A stretch of 64,000 nucleotides of DNA, from positions 736,001-800,000 of the forward strand of contig CAWELD010000003.1 of assembly GCA_963809895.1 (NCBI GenBank), given 5' to 3'. The stretch's first letter is position 1; each line of letters starts with the position of its first letter. The notes beneath the pieces are model-generated. The model saw only the letters and a list, made by a program, of their open reading frames with translations. It was not told where the DNA came from and did no database searches. Both the position numbers and the translations under genes were made by a program. This document shows, piece after piece, positions 1 to 10,200 of this stretch. This DNA comes from an uncultured Gemmatimonadales bacterium (GTDB lineage: Bacteria > Gemmatimonadota > Gemmatimonadetes > Longimicrobiales > Gaopeijiaceae).

Positions 1-448
1 AGGCCTGGACTCCGGAGCGGCGGCGGTGGCGCTGGGTGGGTCGATCTTCTCGGCCGGGGCGTACGTCACCGTTCGCCGCCTGCGCGCTGAGGCCACCATG
101 GTCATCGTCTTCTACTTCGCGCTGCTGAGCACGCTCATGGCCGCTCCCTTCCTGGCCTTCGGCGCGGTGATGCCCCGGGGATGGGACTGGGCGCTGCTCA
201 CGGCCATCGGTGTCACCACCCATCTCGGGCAGGTCTTCCTGACCCGCGGCCTCAAGCTCGAGGCGGCGGGGCGCGCCATGACCGCGGGCTACCTCCAGAT
301 CGTGTTCGCCGCCGTGTGGGGCGCGCTCCTCTTCGGCGACGTTCCCGATGTGTGGTCCTTCGCCGGCGCGGTCGTCATCGTCGCATCGACCCTCGTCCTG
401 GCGCGTCTGCCCTCTCCCGGCGCTCCCGCGCCACCCAGGCTCCCCTGA
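1..448 (+). CDS. DMT/EamA family transporter, 5'-truncated by the window edge
   Basis: Five hydrophobic helices with EamA-like C-terminal pattern (GYLQIVFAAVWGALLFGDVP); frame is open to the window start. Confidence 0.8.
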   Translation, partial: GLDSGAAAVALGGSIFSAGAYVTVRRLRAEATMVIVFYFALLSTLMAAPFLAFGAVMPRGWDWALLTAIGVTTHLGQVFLTRGLKLEAAGRAMTAGYLQIVFAAVWGALLFGDVPDVWSFAGAVVIVASTLVLARLPSPGAPAPPRLP

Positions 449-530
449 GGCGAGCCCTGCAGCCATCCGTAGAAACCCGTACGCACGATTTGTCACTAAA
501 CGGCGTTTGGCCTCGTAGGGCCTTTGGCAC

Positions 531-565
531 TTGAACAGGGATCGCCGGTAGTTTACACTGTTAAC
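531..565 (+). promoter_or_regulatory. sigma70 promoter with overlapping palindromic TetR operator; probably leaderless
   Basis: TTGAAC (531-536), 17-bp spacer, TACACT (554-559), 6 nt before ATG 566; imperfect palindrome GTTTACACTGTTAAC (551-565). Confidence 0.65.
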
Positions 566-1222
566 ATGTCAGAGCAGCAGAGGGATCGGATCCTGACCCA
601 CGCGTGCGAGCTCTTCTTGCGCGATGGGTTGGAGGGCTTCTCGATGCGGAAGCTGGCTCGCGCCGTGGGTGTCACGGCGCCGGCCCTCTACCGTCATTAC
701 GAGAGCAAGGAGCACGTGCTCCAGGATGTGGTCGGTGAAGCCTACCGACGCATGGCTCAATACCTGTACCGCGCCTTGCAGGGTCGCACGCCGTTGGAAC
801 GGCTGCTGATGGCCTCCGAGGGCTATCTGGATTTCGGGCTGGAGCATCCGCGGCTCTACGACGCGCTGTTCGCGTCGCCCGAGCTGGTGGGACTGGGAGA
901 TCTGCCCGAAGACGTGGAGGCGCAGGGGTGCGCGGTGGGTCAGTTCTGGAACGACCGCATCCGCGAATGCATGGACGCCGGCATCATCCGACGGACGGAC
1001 CCGGGTGGGGTCGGGCTCACCATGTGGGCCCACGCCCACGGGCTGGTTTCGCTGCACGCCCGGGGCTTGCTGAGCTTTCCGGAGCACATGAGCGATGGGG
1101 AGTTTCGCCGGGTCTACCGAAGCTCGACGCTACGGGCGCTCGAGGGCATGGCGGCGGTCTCGCTCGAGGAGCTGGAGTCGGCCTTGCCCGAAGACGATCC
1201 CGATGCCGGTGCCGCGGCCTGA
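566..1222 (+). CDS. TetR/AcrR family transcriptional regulator
   Basis: N-terminal HTH FSMRKLARAVGVTAPALYRHY; WHG-type C-terminus (WAHAHGLVSL). Confidence 0.92.
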   Translation: MSEQQRDRILTHACELFLRDGLEGFSMRKLARAVGVTAPALYRHYESKEHVLQDVVGEAYRRMAQYLYRALQGRTPLERLLMASEGYLDFGLEHPRLYDALFASPELVGLGDLPEDVEAQGCAVGQFWNDRIRECMDAGIIRRTDPGGVGLTMWAHAHGLVSLHARGLLSFPEHMSDGEFRRVYRSSTLRALEGMAAVSLEELESALPEDDPDAGAAA

Positions 1223-1266
1223 CACGGACGCGGACCGCACGACGACAACGACGCACCGAAGAGGCG

Positions 1267-2739
1267 ATGGTGAAGAATAGATGGGTGGTGAGCCTGACGG
1301 CCGCGCTCCTGCTGGCCGCGTCAGCAGCCGGGGCCCGGGCGCAGGAGACGTCCCAGCTCACGGGTCGCACGCTGACGCTGCCCGAGGTGGTCCAGGCCGC
1401 GCTGGACCGCAGCCCGGAGCTGCAGGGGGTCCGGTACTCGCTGGAAGAAGCCCGGGAGCGGGTGAGCGAGGCGTGGGGCAGCGTGTACCCGTCGGTGGAC
1501 CTGTCCAGCACCTTCACGCGCAACGTGTCGCCGTCGGTGAGCTTCCTGCCGGCGAACATCCTCGATCCCGAGGCGAACCCGAACGATCTGGTTCCGGTTC
1601 GCTTCGGAGCCGACAACACCTGGCAGCTCTCCATCGGTGTCGACCAGCCGGTCTTCAACGCCGCCGTCTTCATCGGGGTGGGCGCCGCCGGCCGCTACCA
1701 GGCATTGCAGGAAGAGGGGATGCGCGGTCAGGCGCAGGCGGTGGTCACCCGGGTCCGGGAATCCTACTACAGCCTCCTGTTGGCGCAGGAGCAGGCGCGC
1801 CTCACCGACAACTCGGTCCGACGCGTGCGCGAGAGCCTGGACGAGACCCGGGCCCTCAACCGCGCCGGGCTGTCGTCGGACTACGACGTCCTCAGGCTCG
1901 AGGTGGAGCTGGCGAACCTGGAACCCAACCTGCGCCGGGCGCAGAACGCGGTGCGGCAGGCACGCCGCCAACTGGGCGTGGACCTCGACCTTCCCGCCGA
2001 AGAGGCGGAGACGCTCGAAGTGGCCGGAGCCCTGGCCTCCATGGACCTGGACGATGTCGGCGCCAATTCCGCCGACAACCAGCAGATCCTGGCCTTCGGC
2101 GGCGCGCCGGCCGAGCCGGCGGGTCAGGAGGATCGGCTGGTCACCGACGCCCTGGCGTCGCGCTCGGACCTGCGCCAGCTGGTGCTCACCGAGAGCCTCA
2201 GGCAGACCGAGCTGCGCCTCGAACAGGTGGAGTATCTGCCCAAGATCTCGGTCTTCGGCACCTACGCCATCAATTCGCAGCAGAACGGGAACCCGGAGTT
2301 CTTCGGAGCGCCGCGGGCCTACACCCGCAATGTCGGCGTCCGCTTCACGCTGCCCCTGTTCCAGGGCTTTCAGCGCGATGCGCGCATCGATCAGAAGCGG
2401 GCCGTGCTGAACCAGGCGCGGGCACAGACCGAGCGCGCTCGACTACAGGCGCGGAGCCAGGTCCGCTCACTGGTGGACGGTGCCGACGAGGCCCTGGCCC
2501 GGGCGCGGGCGCAGGATCTCGCGGTGGAGCAGGCCCAGCGCGGGTTCGAGATCGCCAGGGCGCAGTACCGGGAAGGTCTGAGCAGTCAGCTGGAGCTCAC
2601 CGATGCAGAGGTGGCGCTGCGCCAGAGCGAGTTCAACTACGCCCAGGCGGTCTACGACTACCTGGTGGCGCGTGCGCGCCTGGACGAGGCCGTGGGCGAG
2701 GTGCCGCTCACGGCGCGGGGCGCGGGCGAGAGTCCGTGA
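1267..2739 (+). CDS. TolC family outer membrane efflux protein
   Basis: Signal peptide, two OEP repeats, C-terminal YREGLSSQLELTDAE; lies upstream of MFP and RND genes. Confidence 0.9.
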   Translation: MVKNRWVVSLTAALLLAASAAGARAQETSQLTGRTLTLPEVVQAALDRSPELQGVRYSLEEARERVSEAWGSVYPSVDLSSTFTRNVSPSVSFLPANILDPEANPNDLVPVRFGADNTWQLSIGVDQPVFNAAVFIGVGAAGRYQALQEEGMRGQAQAVVTRVRESYYSLLLAQEQARLTDNSVRRVRESLDETRALNRAGLSSDYDVLRLEVELANLEPNLRRAQNAVRQARRQLGVDLDLPAEEAETLEVAGALASMDLDDVGANSADNQQILAFGGAPAEPAGQEDRLVTDALASRSDLRQLVLTESLRQTELRLEQVEYLPKISVFGTYAINSQQNGNPEFFGAPRAYTRNVGVRFTLPLFQGFQRDARIDQKRAVLNQARAQTERARLQARSQVRSLVDGADEALARARAQDLAVEQAQRGFEIARAQYREGLSSQLELTDAEVALRQSEFNYAQAVYDYLVARARLDEAVGEVPLTARGAGESP

Positions 2740-2776
2740 CGAACGTGGGACACGTACAGCCGATCAAGAGGCAACG

Positions 2777-3853
2777 ATGACGATAGATATGCGGGGGATG
2801 CGGGTGCTGGTGGCGGGAACCGCGCTGGCGGTGGCCGCGTGTGGGGGGGCCCAGGCCGACGGCGCGGAGGCTGCGGGTGAGGAGGGCTTCGTCCGCGTGA
2901 TCAACGTGGAGACGGCCGTGGTGACCCCTCGGGCCTTCACCGAAGAGATCCGTCTCACGGGAACGGTGCAGGCGAACCGTGACGTCACGGTGTCGGCCCA
3001 GGAGGCCGGCACCATCGTGGAGCTGGTGGTGGAGAAGGGAACGGCGGTCCGCGCCGGCCAACCCATCGCTCGCATCGACGACCGGCTGCTGGCCACCCAG
3101 GTCGAAGAGGCGCGTGCCCAGGAGGCGCTGGCCCGGGAGACGTGGACCCGCCGCAAGCGGCTGTGGGAGGAGGACCACGTGGGTTCCGAGCTGGCGTACC
3201 TGGAAGCGAAATACGCCGCCGAGCAGACGGCGGCCCGCCTCGCCACCCTGGAGGAGCGCCTCGACCGGACCGTCATCCGGGCTCCCATCGAGGGTGTGCT
3301 GGACGACCGCCTGGTGGAGGTGGGCACGCTGGTGAGCCCGGGCACTCCCGTGGCGCGCATCATCGATCTGGACCCGGTGAAGGTGTCCGGCGGCATGCCC
3401 GAGCGATATGCCGCCGACGTCTCCCGGGGTGCCCCGGCCACGGTGACCTTCGACGTCCTGGACGGGGAGCGCTACGAGGCCACGGTCAACTTCGTGGGTG
3501 CCGCGGTGGACCGTCGCAACCGCACCTTTCCGGTCGAAGTCACGATCCCCAACGCGGGGCGCGTGATCAAGCCGGAGATGGTGGCCAATATCGCCGTGGT
3601 CCGCCGTACGCTGGACGAGGCGGTGGTCGTACCACAGGACGCGGTGGTGCGCGTCGAGGACGGCTACGTCGTGTTCGTGGTGGAGGGGCAGGGGGAGGAC
3701 CTGACGGCTCGTTCGCGGGACGTGGTGCTGGGGCCGTCACAGAGCAACGAGGTCGTGATCAGCGAAGGCCTCTCCGCCGGCGAGCGCCTGGTGGTGGTGG
3801 GCCAGCAGCAGGTGGCCGACGGGGACCGGGTCCGCGTGGTCGGGGAGCGATGA
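2777..3853 (+). CDS. RND efflux periplasmic adaptor (MFP), lipoprotein
   Basis: Lipobox LAVAAC; lipoyl/hairpin motifs (TVIRAPIEG); C-terminal GLSAGERLVVVGQ. Confidence 0.9.
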   Translation: MTIDMRGMRVLVAGTALAVAACGGAQADGAEAAGEEGFVRVINVETAVVTPRAFTEEIRLTGTVQANRDVTVSAQEAGTIVELVVEKGTAVRAGQPIARIDDRLLATQVEEARAQEALARETWTRRKRLWEEDHVGSELAYLEAKYAAEQTAARLATLEERLDRTVIRAPIEGVLDDRLVEVGTLVSPGTPVARIIDLDPVKVSGGMPERYAADVSRGAPATVTFDVLDGERYEATVNFVGAAVDRRNRTFPVEVTIPNAGRVIKPEMVANIAVVRRTLDEAVVVPQDAVVRVEDGYVVFVVEGQGEDLTARSRDVVLGPSQSNEVVISEGLSAGERLVVVGQQQVADGDRVRVVGER

Positions 3854-3854
3854 C

Positions 3855-6800
3855 ATGAGCACCGAGAATCGGACGCCACCCCCCTCCCGGGGGCGCCCGC
3901 CGCAGGAGGACCGGAGCTTCCTGGAGCGGTTCAAGGAATTCGGCCCCACCTCCTTCGCGGTGGATCACCGGACCAGCATGGTGGTCCTGCTCCTGATCAT
4001 CACCGTCATGGGCTTCTTCTCCTACCGGACGACCCCCAAGGAGTCGTTCCCGGAGGTGGAAGTGCCCATGATCGCCGTGAACACCACGTATCCGGGCGTG
4101 TCTCCGGCGGACATGGAATCGCTGGTGACCCGTCCGCTGGAGGACGAGCTCAGCACCATCTCCGAGATCAAGGACCTCACCTCGAGCTCCGTGGAGGGCT
4201 TCTCCAGCATCGTGGCCGAGTTCGAGACCACGGTAAATCTGGAGGACGCGCTCCAGCGCGTGCGTGAGAAGGTGGACCTGGCCAAGCCCGACTTGCCGGA
4301 CGAGGCCGACGACCCGGCCATCGTGGAGTTCAACTTCTCCGAGGTTCCCATCATGCAGGTGAACCTCTCGGGCGAATACGGCCTGGTGCGGCTGAAGGAG
4401 ATCGCCGAGGACATCCAGGACCGCCTCGAGACCATCCCGGAGATCCTGCGCGTGGACGTACGCGGCGGATTGGAGCGCGAGGTCAAGGTGGACGTGGACC
4501 TGCGCAAGCTGAAGTACTACGGGCTGGCGCTGGGCGACGTCATCGAGGCCATCAGCCGCGAGAACGTGAACACCCCGGGTGGGGCCATCGACGTGGGCCG
4601 CTCCAAGTACCTGGTGCGGATCGACGGCGAGTTCCAGGACCCGTCGGTGATCGCCGACCTGGTCATCAACGCCGACAATGAACGGCCGATCTACGTCCGT
4701 GACGTGGCGGATGTGGATTTCGGCTTCGCGGAACGGGAGAGCTACGCCCGGCTGGACGAGAATCCCGTGGTGACGCTGGACATCATCAAGCGGTCCGGCG
4801 AGAACATCATCGCCACCTCCGACGCGGTGAAGGAGGCGCTGGACGAGCTTCAGCCCCTCTTCCCGCCCACCACGGTGGTGAAGATCACGTCGGATCAGTC
4901 CACCGACATCGACATGATGGTGAGCTCGCTGGAGAACAACATCGTCTCCGGACTGCTGCTCATCATCCTGATCCTGCTCTTCTTCCTGGGGCTGGCCAAC
5001 TCCGTGTTCGTGGCCATCTCCATCCCGTCGTCCATGCTCCTGAGCTTCATCGTGCTCAAGCTCCTGGGCGTGAGCATGAACATGGTGGTGCTCTTCAGCC
5101 TCATCCTGGCGTTGGGGATGCTGGTGGACAACGCCATCGTCATCGTGGAGAACATCTACCGGTACATGGAGGAAGGATGGGATCGCGCGGTGGCTGCCAA
5201 GAAAGCCACCGGCGAGGTCGCGATGCCGGTCATCGCCTCCACCCTCACCACGCTCGCGGCGTTCGCGCCCCTCCTCTTCTGGCCGGGGATGGTGGGCGAG
5301 TTCATGAGCTATCTGCCCGAGACGCTCATCGTGACGCTGACCAGCTCCCTGTTCGTGGCCATCGTCATCATTCCGGTGCTGTGCGCCATGTTCATGAAGC
5401 TGGAGTCGGAGCCGCGCGCCTCCATGGCGCCGGCCATGCGCTGGACGCTGCTGGGAGCGGCGGGGCTCGTGCTTCTCGGTGTCGCGGCCAGGAACGTCCT
5501 GACCGCTGCGCTGCTGGTGGGGACGGCGGTCGGCGTGTGGGCGTTTTATCACTTCCTGATTCGGTCGTTGGCCCGCCGATTCCAGGAGCGCACGGTCCCA
5601 TCGGTCCTGCGCGTCTACGAGGGTCAGTTGCGCTGGGCGCTGGACCATCGGCTGCTGATCCTCGGCGGGTCGGGGCTCGCCCTGGTGCTGACCGTTCTGC
5701 TGTTCGGTCGCTTCAACAACGGCATGGAGTTCTTCCCGGAGAGCATCCCTCCCAAGCAGGTCTTCGTCGACGTGGAGACGCCGGTGGGGACCAAGGCGGA
5801 GGCGACGGACGCCATCGTCAAGCGCATGGAAGAGGAGCTGAAGGGTGTGCCGGGCCGGGGAGACTGGAAGTCCACGGTGGCCGTGACCGGTGGTGGCGGA
5901 GGCGGTGGGGTCGCAGCCCTGGCCGGGCAGGGTGGCCCCTCGGGGCCCGACATGGGCCGCGTGACGGTGAGCTTCGTCGACTATCAGGACCGTCAGGCCG
6001 ATGCCTTCGAGACCCTGGCCTGGATGCAGGCGCACATCGGCCAGGACGTGGCCGGTGCCGAGATCACGGTGGAGAAGCTGCAGGAAGGCGTGCAGTCCGG
6101 TCCGCCGGTCAACGTGGAGATCATCGGCGACGATCCCGCCGAGCTGAAGGTGCTGAGCGACCGGGTCCTGGCGATCCTCCGGGGCGATCCCGTGTCGAGG
6201 AAACTCGTGGGCCTGGAGAGCGACCTGGATGCGGCTCGTCCCGAGCTGTCGGTGACGGTCGATCGCGAGAAGGCGGGGCTCTACGACCTGTCCACGGCAG
6301 ACGTGGGACGCGCGATCCGCGGCGCGATCCAGGGGGTCGAGGCGGCCAAGTACCGCACGGGTGAGGACGAGTACGACATCGTCGTGCGACTGGCGCCGAA
6401 GTACCGACAGGAGCTGGATCAGCTCGGGGACCTGACGGTGGTGGCCGAGGGTGGCATCCAGATCCCGCTGAGCTCGGTGGCCAGCTGGAGCGTGGGTGAG
6501 GGCTACGGCAGCATCCGGCGCAAGGATCAGCAGCGCATGGCCACCATCTCGTCCGACGTCGCCGCCGGCCTCAACAGCAACGCCGTGCTGGCGGATGTGC
6601 AGGACGTCCTGGGCGGGTTCGAGCGCAACGAGCTGCCTCCGGGCTACAGCGTGCGCTACACGGGTCAGCAGGAGGACCAGGACGAGGCGCAGGAGTTCCT
6701 GGGCGGCGCCTTCATCACCGCGCTTCTGCTCATCGCCTTCATCCTGGTGAGCCAGTTCAACTCGGTGGTGAAGCCGGTCATCATCATGACCTCGGTGCTC

Positions 6801-7418
6801 ATGTCCACCACGGGCGTGCTCCTGGGCCTCATGCTCTTCCACATGCCCTTCGGCATCATCATGACCGGCGTGGGCATCATCTCGCTGGCGGGCATCGTGG
6901 TGAACAACGCCATCGTGCTCATCGACTACATCGACATCCTGCGCGAGCGCGACGGGATCGATCGGCGCGAGGCCCTGGTGCAGGGAGGCATGACGCGCTT
7001 CCGGCCCGTGGTGCTGACGGCGAGCACCACGGCGTTGGGGCTGGTGCCTCTGGCCGTGGGCCTGAACTTCGACTTCTTCGGACTCTACCGTGCCTTGCAG
7101 CCCGACTTCTACTGGGGCGGCGAGCAAGCCGCGTGGTGGGGACCCATGGCGGTGGCGGTCATCGCGGGGATCATCTTCGCGACGTTCCTGACCCTGGTCC
7201 TGGTGCCGGTGATGTACTCCCTGGTGGATGACGTCGCGCACTTCTTCCGCAGGCATTTCACGTCGTCTCCCGACGAGGTGGGCCCCGACGAGCCCGCCGA
7301 GGGGCCGCCCCCCCCGCAGTCGACCAGCCAACGCCCGTCCCGGCCCGAGCGGGAGCCCGCCGAGGTGTTCCGCTCGCTGGAGGATCTGGGGACGGCGGGG
7401 CTGGAGCCGCAGTCCTGA
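3855..7418 (+). CDS. RND efflux permease, AcrB/AcrD/AcrF family
   Basis: 1187 aa; GMLVDNAIVIVENI, GIVVNNAIVLID and RFRPVVLT motifs. Confidence 0.95.
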   Translation: MSTENRTPPPSRGRPPQEDRSFLERFKEFGPTSFAVDHRTSMVVLLLIITVMGFFSYRTTPKESFPEVEVPMIAVNTTYPGVSPADMESLVTRPLEDELSTISEIKDLTSSSVEGFSSIVAEFETTVNLEDALQRVREKVDLAKPDLPDEADDPAIVEFNFSEVPIMQVNLSGEYGLVRLKEIAEDIQDRLETIPEILRVDVRGGLEREVKVDVDLRKLKYYGLALGDVIEAISRENVNTPGGAIDVGRSKYLVRIDGEFQDPSVIADLVINADNERPIYVRDVADVDFGFAERESYARLDENPVVTLDIIKRSGENIIATSDAVKEALDELQPLFPPTTVVKITSDQSTDIDMMVSSLENNIVSGLLLIILILLFFLGLANSVFVAISIPSSMLLSFIVLKLLGVSMNMVVLFSLILALGMLVDNAIVIVENIYRYMEEGWDRAVAAKKATGEVAMPVIASTLTTLAAFAPLLFWPGMVGEFMSYLPETLIVTLTSSLFVAIVIIPVLCAMFMKLESEPRASMAPAMRWTLLGAAGLVLLGVAARNVLTAALLVGTAVGVWAFYHFLIRSLARRFQERTVPSVLRVYEGQLRWALDHRLLILGGSGLALVLTVLLFGRFNNGMEFFPESIPPKQVFVDVETPVGTKAEATDAIVKRMEEELKGVPGRGDWKSTVAVTGGGGGGGVAALAGQGGPSGPDMGRVTVSFVDYQDRQADAFETLAWMQAHIGQDVAGAEITVEKLQEGVQSGPPVNVEIIGDDPAELKVLSDRVLAILRGDPVSRKLVGLESDLDAARPELSVTVDREKAGLYDLSTADVGRAIRGAIQGVEAAKYRTGEDEYDIVVRLAPKYRQELDQLGDLTVVAEGGIQIPLSSVASWSVGEGYGSIRRKDQQRMATISSDVAAGLNSNAVLADVQDVLGGFERNELPPGYSVRYTGQQEDQDEAQEFLGGAFITALLLIAFILVSQFNSVVKPVIIMTSVLMSTTGVLLGLMLFHMPFGIIMTGVGIISLAGIVVNNAIVLIDYIDILRERDGIDRREALVQGGMTRFRPVVLTASTTALGLVPLAVGLNFDFFGLYRALQPDFYWGGEQAAWWGPMAVAVIAGIIFATFLTLVLVPVMYSLVDDVAHFFRRHFTSSPDEVGPDEPAEGPPPPQSTSQRPSRPEREPAEVFRSLEDLGTAGLEPQS

Positions 7419-7557
7419 ACCATCCCCGGGGCCGGCCTCGACGGCTCCGGGGGAGGGGAATCCCAACGGCCGACGGGCTTCGCGTGTCCATCGCCACAAA
7501 GGACCCAACCTCTCGTTCATCGGGCGCCGGCAGGACCGGACCGCCATTCGAGATTCG

Positions 7558-8892
7558 ATGATCCCCATCTTCAACCCCACGAGCACGCGGGCGTGTCGGC
7601 TCCTCGCCGCACTCCCGCTGGCCGTGTCGACCCTGTTGTTCATGCTCCCTCTGCGGGCGGCGGGCCAGGAGGCGCCGGCGGACTCCACGGGGACGCCGTC
7701 CGGCGAGCTTCGCGTCTTCCTGGACTGCGCGACGCACGGGTGCGACCGCGACCGCTTTCGCCGGGAGATCACCTTCGTGGACTGGGTACGGGATCCCCAG
7801 GACGCGCAGCTCCACGTCATCATGACCGGCCAGCAGGCCGGCGGCGGCTTCCGCTACTCGCTGGACTTCATCGGGCGGGGTCCCCTCGAGGGTCTCACGG
7901 ACAGTTATGGATACAGCAGCAGCGCCACCGACGTGGAGGAGGAGACCTCGGCGGGCCTCACCCGCGTGCTCCGGCTCGGCCTGGTGCGCTTCGTGGCTCT
8001 GAGCGGGCTGGACGCCGGAGTACGGGTCGAGGGCGTGAGTGGGGAGTCCGCACCGGGCCAAGCGCCCGTGCAGCGCCCTCCCGAAGAGGACCCCTGGGAC
8101 TACTGGGTGTTCTCCACGCGCCTCGGTGCCGAGCTCGACCGTGAGGACCAGGTGCGCTCCGACGAATTCTCGCTCAACCTATCGGCGAACCGCACCACCG
8201 AGGAGTGGAAGGTGGACTTCGGATTCTACGGCAGCAGCCAGACGCGGGAGTACGACCTCAACGACTCCACCACCTACGTCAACAAGACCGACGACTGGTC
8301 GGGGTCGACGCTGGTCGTACGGAGCTTGAGCGACCACTGGTCCATGGGTGGAAGCTCCCGGGTGGGCACGTCCACCCGCTACAACCGGCGGCTGAGCGTG
8401 GAGTTCACGCCCGCCGTCGAGTGGAACTACTTTCCCTGGCAGGATGCCAGCCGGCGGCGCCTCGTGGTCCTCTACGGCAACGGTGTGGAGTGGGTGGAGT
8501 ACGACGAGCGCACCATCTTCGACAAGAAGCGGGAAACCCTGTGGCGGCATCACGTGGACGTCGAGTACCGGGCCCAGGAGCCCTGGGGGAACGCACGCGT
8601 GGGGGTGGAGGGCAACCAGATCCTCTCGGATCCCGGCAAGTACTCGTTCGAGTTCGACGGCGACCTCGAGTACCGCCTCACCCGCGGACTCAGCCTGAGC
8701 ATCGGCGGCAGCTACGAGATCATCAGGGACCAGATCTACCTGTCGGCGGCGGGCCTGTCGGACGAGGACAAGCTCACGCAGCGCCGCCAGCTCCAGACCG
8801 GCTCTCGACTGTCCATCGACCTGGGCGTCAGCTATCGCTTCGGCTCCATCTTCAACAGCATCGTCAACTCCCGCTTCCCCTCGGTGCGCTGA
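7558..8892 (+). CDS. Hypothetical outer membrane beta-barrel protein
   Basis: Signal peptide, small N-terminal domain (FLDCATHGCD), alternating beta-strand pattern, C-terminal VSYRFGSIFNSIVNSRF. Confidence 0.6.
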   Translation: MIPIFNPTSTRACRLLAALPLAVSTLLFMLPLRAAGQEAPADSTGTPSGELRVFLDCATHGCDRDRFRREITFVDWVRDPQDAQLHVIMTGQQAGGGFRYSLDFIGRGPLEGLTDSYGYSSSATDVEEETSAGLTRVLRLGLVRFVALSGLDAGVRVEGVSGESAPGQAPVQRPPEEDPWDYWVFSTRLGAELDREDQVRSDEFSLNLSANRTTEEWKVDFGFYGSSQTREYDLNDSTTYVNKTDDWSGSTLVVRSLSDHWSMGGSSRVGTSTRYNRRLSVEFTPAVEWNYFPWQDASRRRLVVLYGNGVEWVEYDERTIFDKKRETLWRHHVDVEYRAQEPWGNARVGVEGNQILSDPGKYSFEFDGDLEYRLTRGLSLSIGGSYEIIRDQIYLSAAGLSDEDKLTQRRQLQTGSRLSIDLGVSYRFGSIFNSIVNSRFPSVR

Positions 8893-8937
8893 GTCGGGTG
8901 GCGCGGCCGGTCCGCCCGACCGTAGAGTCGTGACATC

Positions 8938-9092
8938 ATGGGTGTATCCGCGTCGTATCGTTCCCCTGGAGCGAGGAGACGCCGGGCATGGTGAGGCCCG
9001 TGCGCGGCCGCGCCGTGCCGGGAGACGTGCTGGAGGACCCGGAGGCGCTGGAGGTCTGGATGAGCGAAGCCCTGAACGTGGCGGAGCGGGCG
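8938..9092 (+). pseudogene. Possible degraded TfoX/Sxy N-terminal-domain gene remnant
   Basis: ATG 8938 gives MGVSASYR; another frame gives VPGDVLEDPEALEVWMSEALNVAERA; these resemble the two ends of TfoX_N proteins with the middle missing. Confidence 0.4.
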
Positions 9093-9623
9093 ATGAGCGC
9101 CCGGATGTGGCGTGGGGCCGTGGTAGCCGCCCTCGTGGCCGCCGGCGGCTGTGCATCGGGATCGTCGGGATGGTCCGAGCTGGGTGGGCCGCAGGCCACG
9201 GAAATGGCCATCCAGGAGCAGGCGATCCGGTACGTGATCTCCTACTACGAGCCCAGCTCCAGTGCGGTGCCACCCCAGGCGTACTGCGTGGCGGTCGCCA
9301 GCCGCTCTTCCAACTCCGTGTCGCGACGCAACCTCGACGACACCGAGATCTGGATTCCCAATCGGCGCATGGTGGCACGTCTCGGCGACATCGAGCCCGG
9401 TGTGGTGCCGGCGTCGGAGTGCGGCAGGAACGACGACGTCGAGGTGATCTACGGTGAGGAAGCCGTGCCGGCGGTGCTCATCTCGGTGTCGCGCCCCAGA
9501 TTCGCCAGCGCGGACCAGGCCACGATCTCGGTGGGCACCAGGGAGAGCGCCGTCTACAGCTTCCGATACAGCTGCGACGTGGTCCGCAGCGGCTTCGGGT
9601 GGTCGGTCCGCCGGTGCATCTGA
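9093..9623 (+). CDS. Hypothetical lipoprotein
   Basis: Lipobox-like AAGGC; four further Cys; GC-typical codon usage. Confidence 0.55.
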   Translation: MSARMWRGAVVAALVAAGGCASGSSGWSELGGPQATEMAIQEQAIRYVISYYEPSSSAVPPQAYCVAVASRSSNSVSRRNLDDTEIWIPNRRMVARLGDIEPGVVPASECGRNDDVEVIYGEEAVPAVLISVSRPRFASADQATISVGTRESAVYSFRYSCDVVRSGFGWSVRRCI

Positions 9624-9687
9624 CCGCACCACGTGACCCGCGAAACGCCGTCGTGCCGTGGGCTCCCCATGGCCAGGAGCTGGAGCC

Positions 9688-10200
9688 GTGACCGATCGCG
9701 GTCGCCCGAAAGCTCGGCCGGAGCCTGCGGAGGTGGTGGGCCGCGCCGTGCAGGGGCTCACGGTCCGTAGGTTGGCGCACGCCTTCGCATGGCTGGCCGT
9801 GCTTGCCCTCATGGGCATCGGCGAGCTGCTGGTCCTGGGCCGACCCGATCCGTGGGCCGTCGGTGTGGCGGCGGGGGCGCCGGTCACCGTGCTGGCCCTC
9901 CTTTTCCTGGGCCAGAGGGGGGTCCGCCGGGCCTTCGGCCGAGCTGAGACTCCCGCCTGGCGGATGGCCGGCTGGGCGTGGCTCGTTCCGTGGGCGTACG
10001 GGGGCTACCTGCTCGTGGGGCCGGGACTCATGCACCTGGCGCGCCGATCCCAGGCGTCCGGCGCCGGCCCTCTCGTCCTGGCCGTGGCGTACGCCCTTCT
10101 CGGGCTGCGGGTGCTGGTGGACGCGGGACGGGTGGCGGAAGTGGGTAGGCTGGCCGCGACCATGTCCGACCTGTCACCCGCGACGGAGGAGCGGGGGTGA
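9688..10200 (+). CDS. Hypothetical membrane protein (about 4 TM)
   Basis: GTG start after GGAG; hydrophobic segments; GTGA overlap with the next gene. Confidence 0.55.
   Translation: MTDRGRPKARPEPAEVVGRAVQGLTVRRLAHAFAWLAVLALMGIGELLVLGRPDPWAVGVAAGAPVTVLALLFLGQRGVRRAFGRAETPAWRMAGWAWLVPWAYGGYLLVGPGLMHLARRSQASGAGPLVLAVAYALLGLRVLVDAGRVAEVGRLAATMSDLSPATEERG

Noticed and set aside
3759..7823. 1354-aa antisense ORF and similar long ORFs (15340-17757 extension, 20370-22877, 32808-35279, 54828-56840)
   Set aside because: Shadow frames of real genes in high-GC DNA; no recognisable motifs of their own
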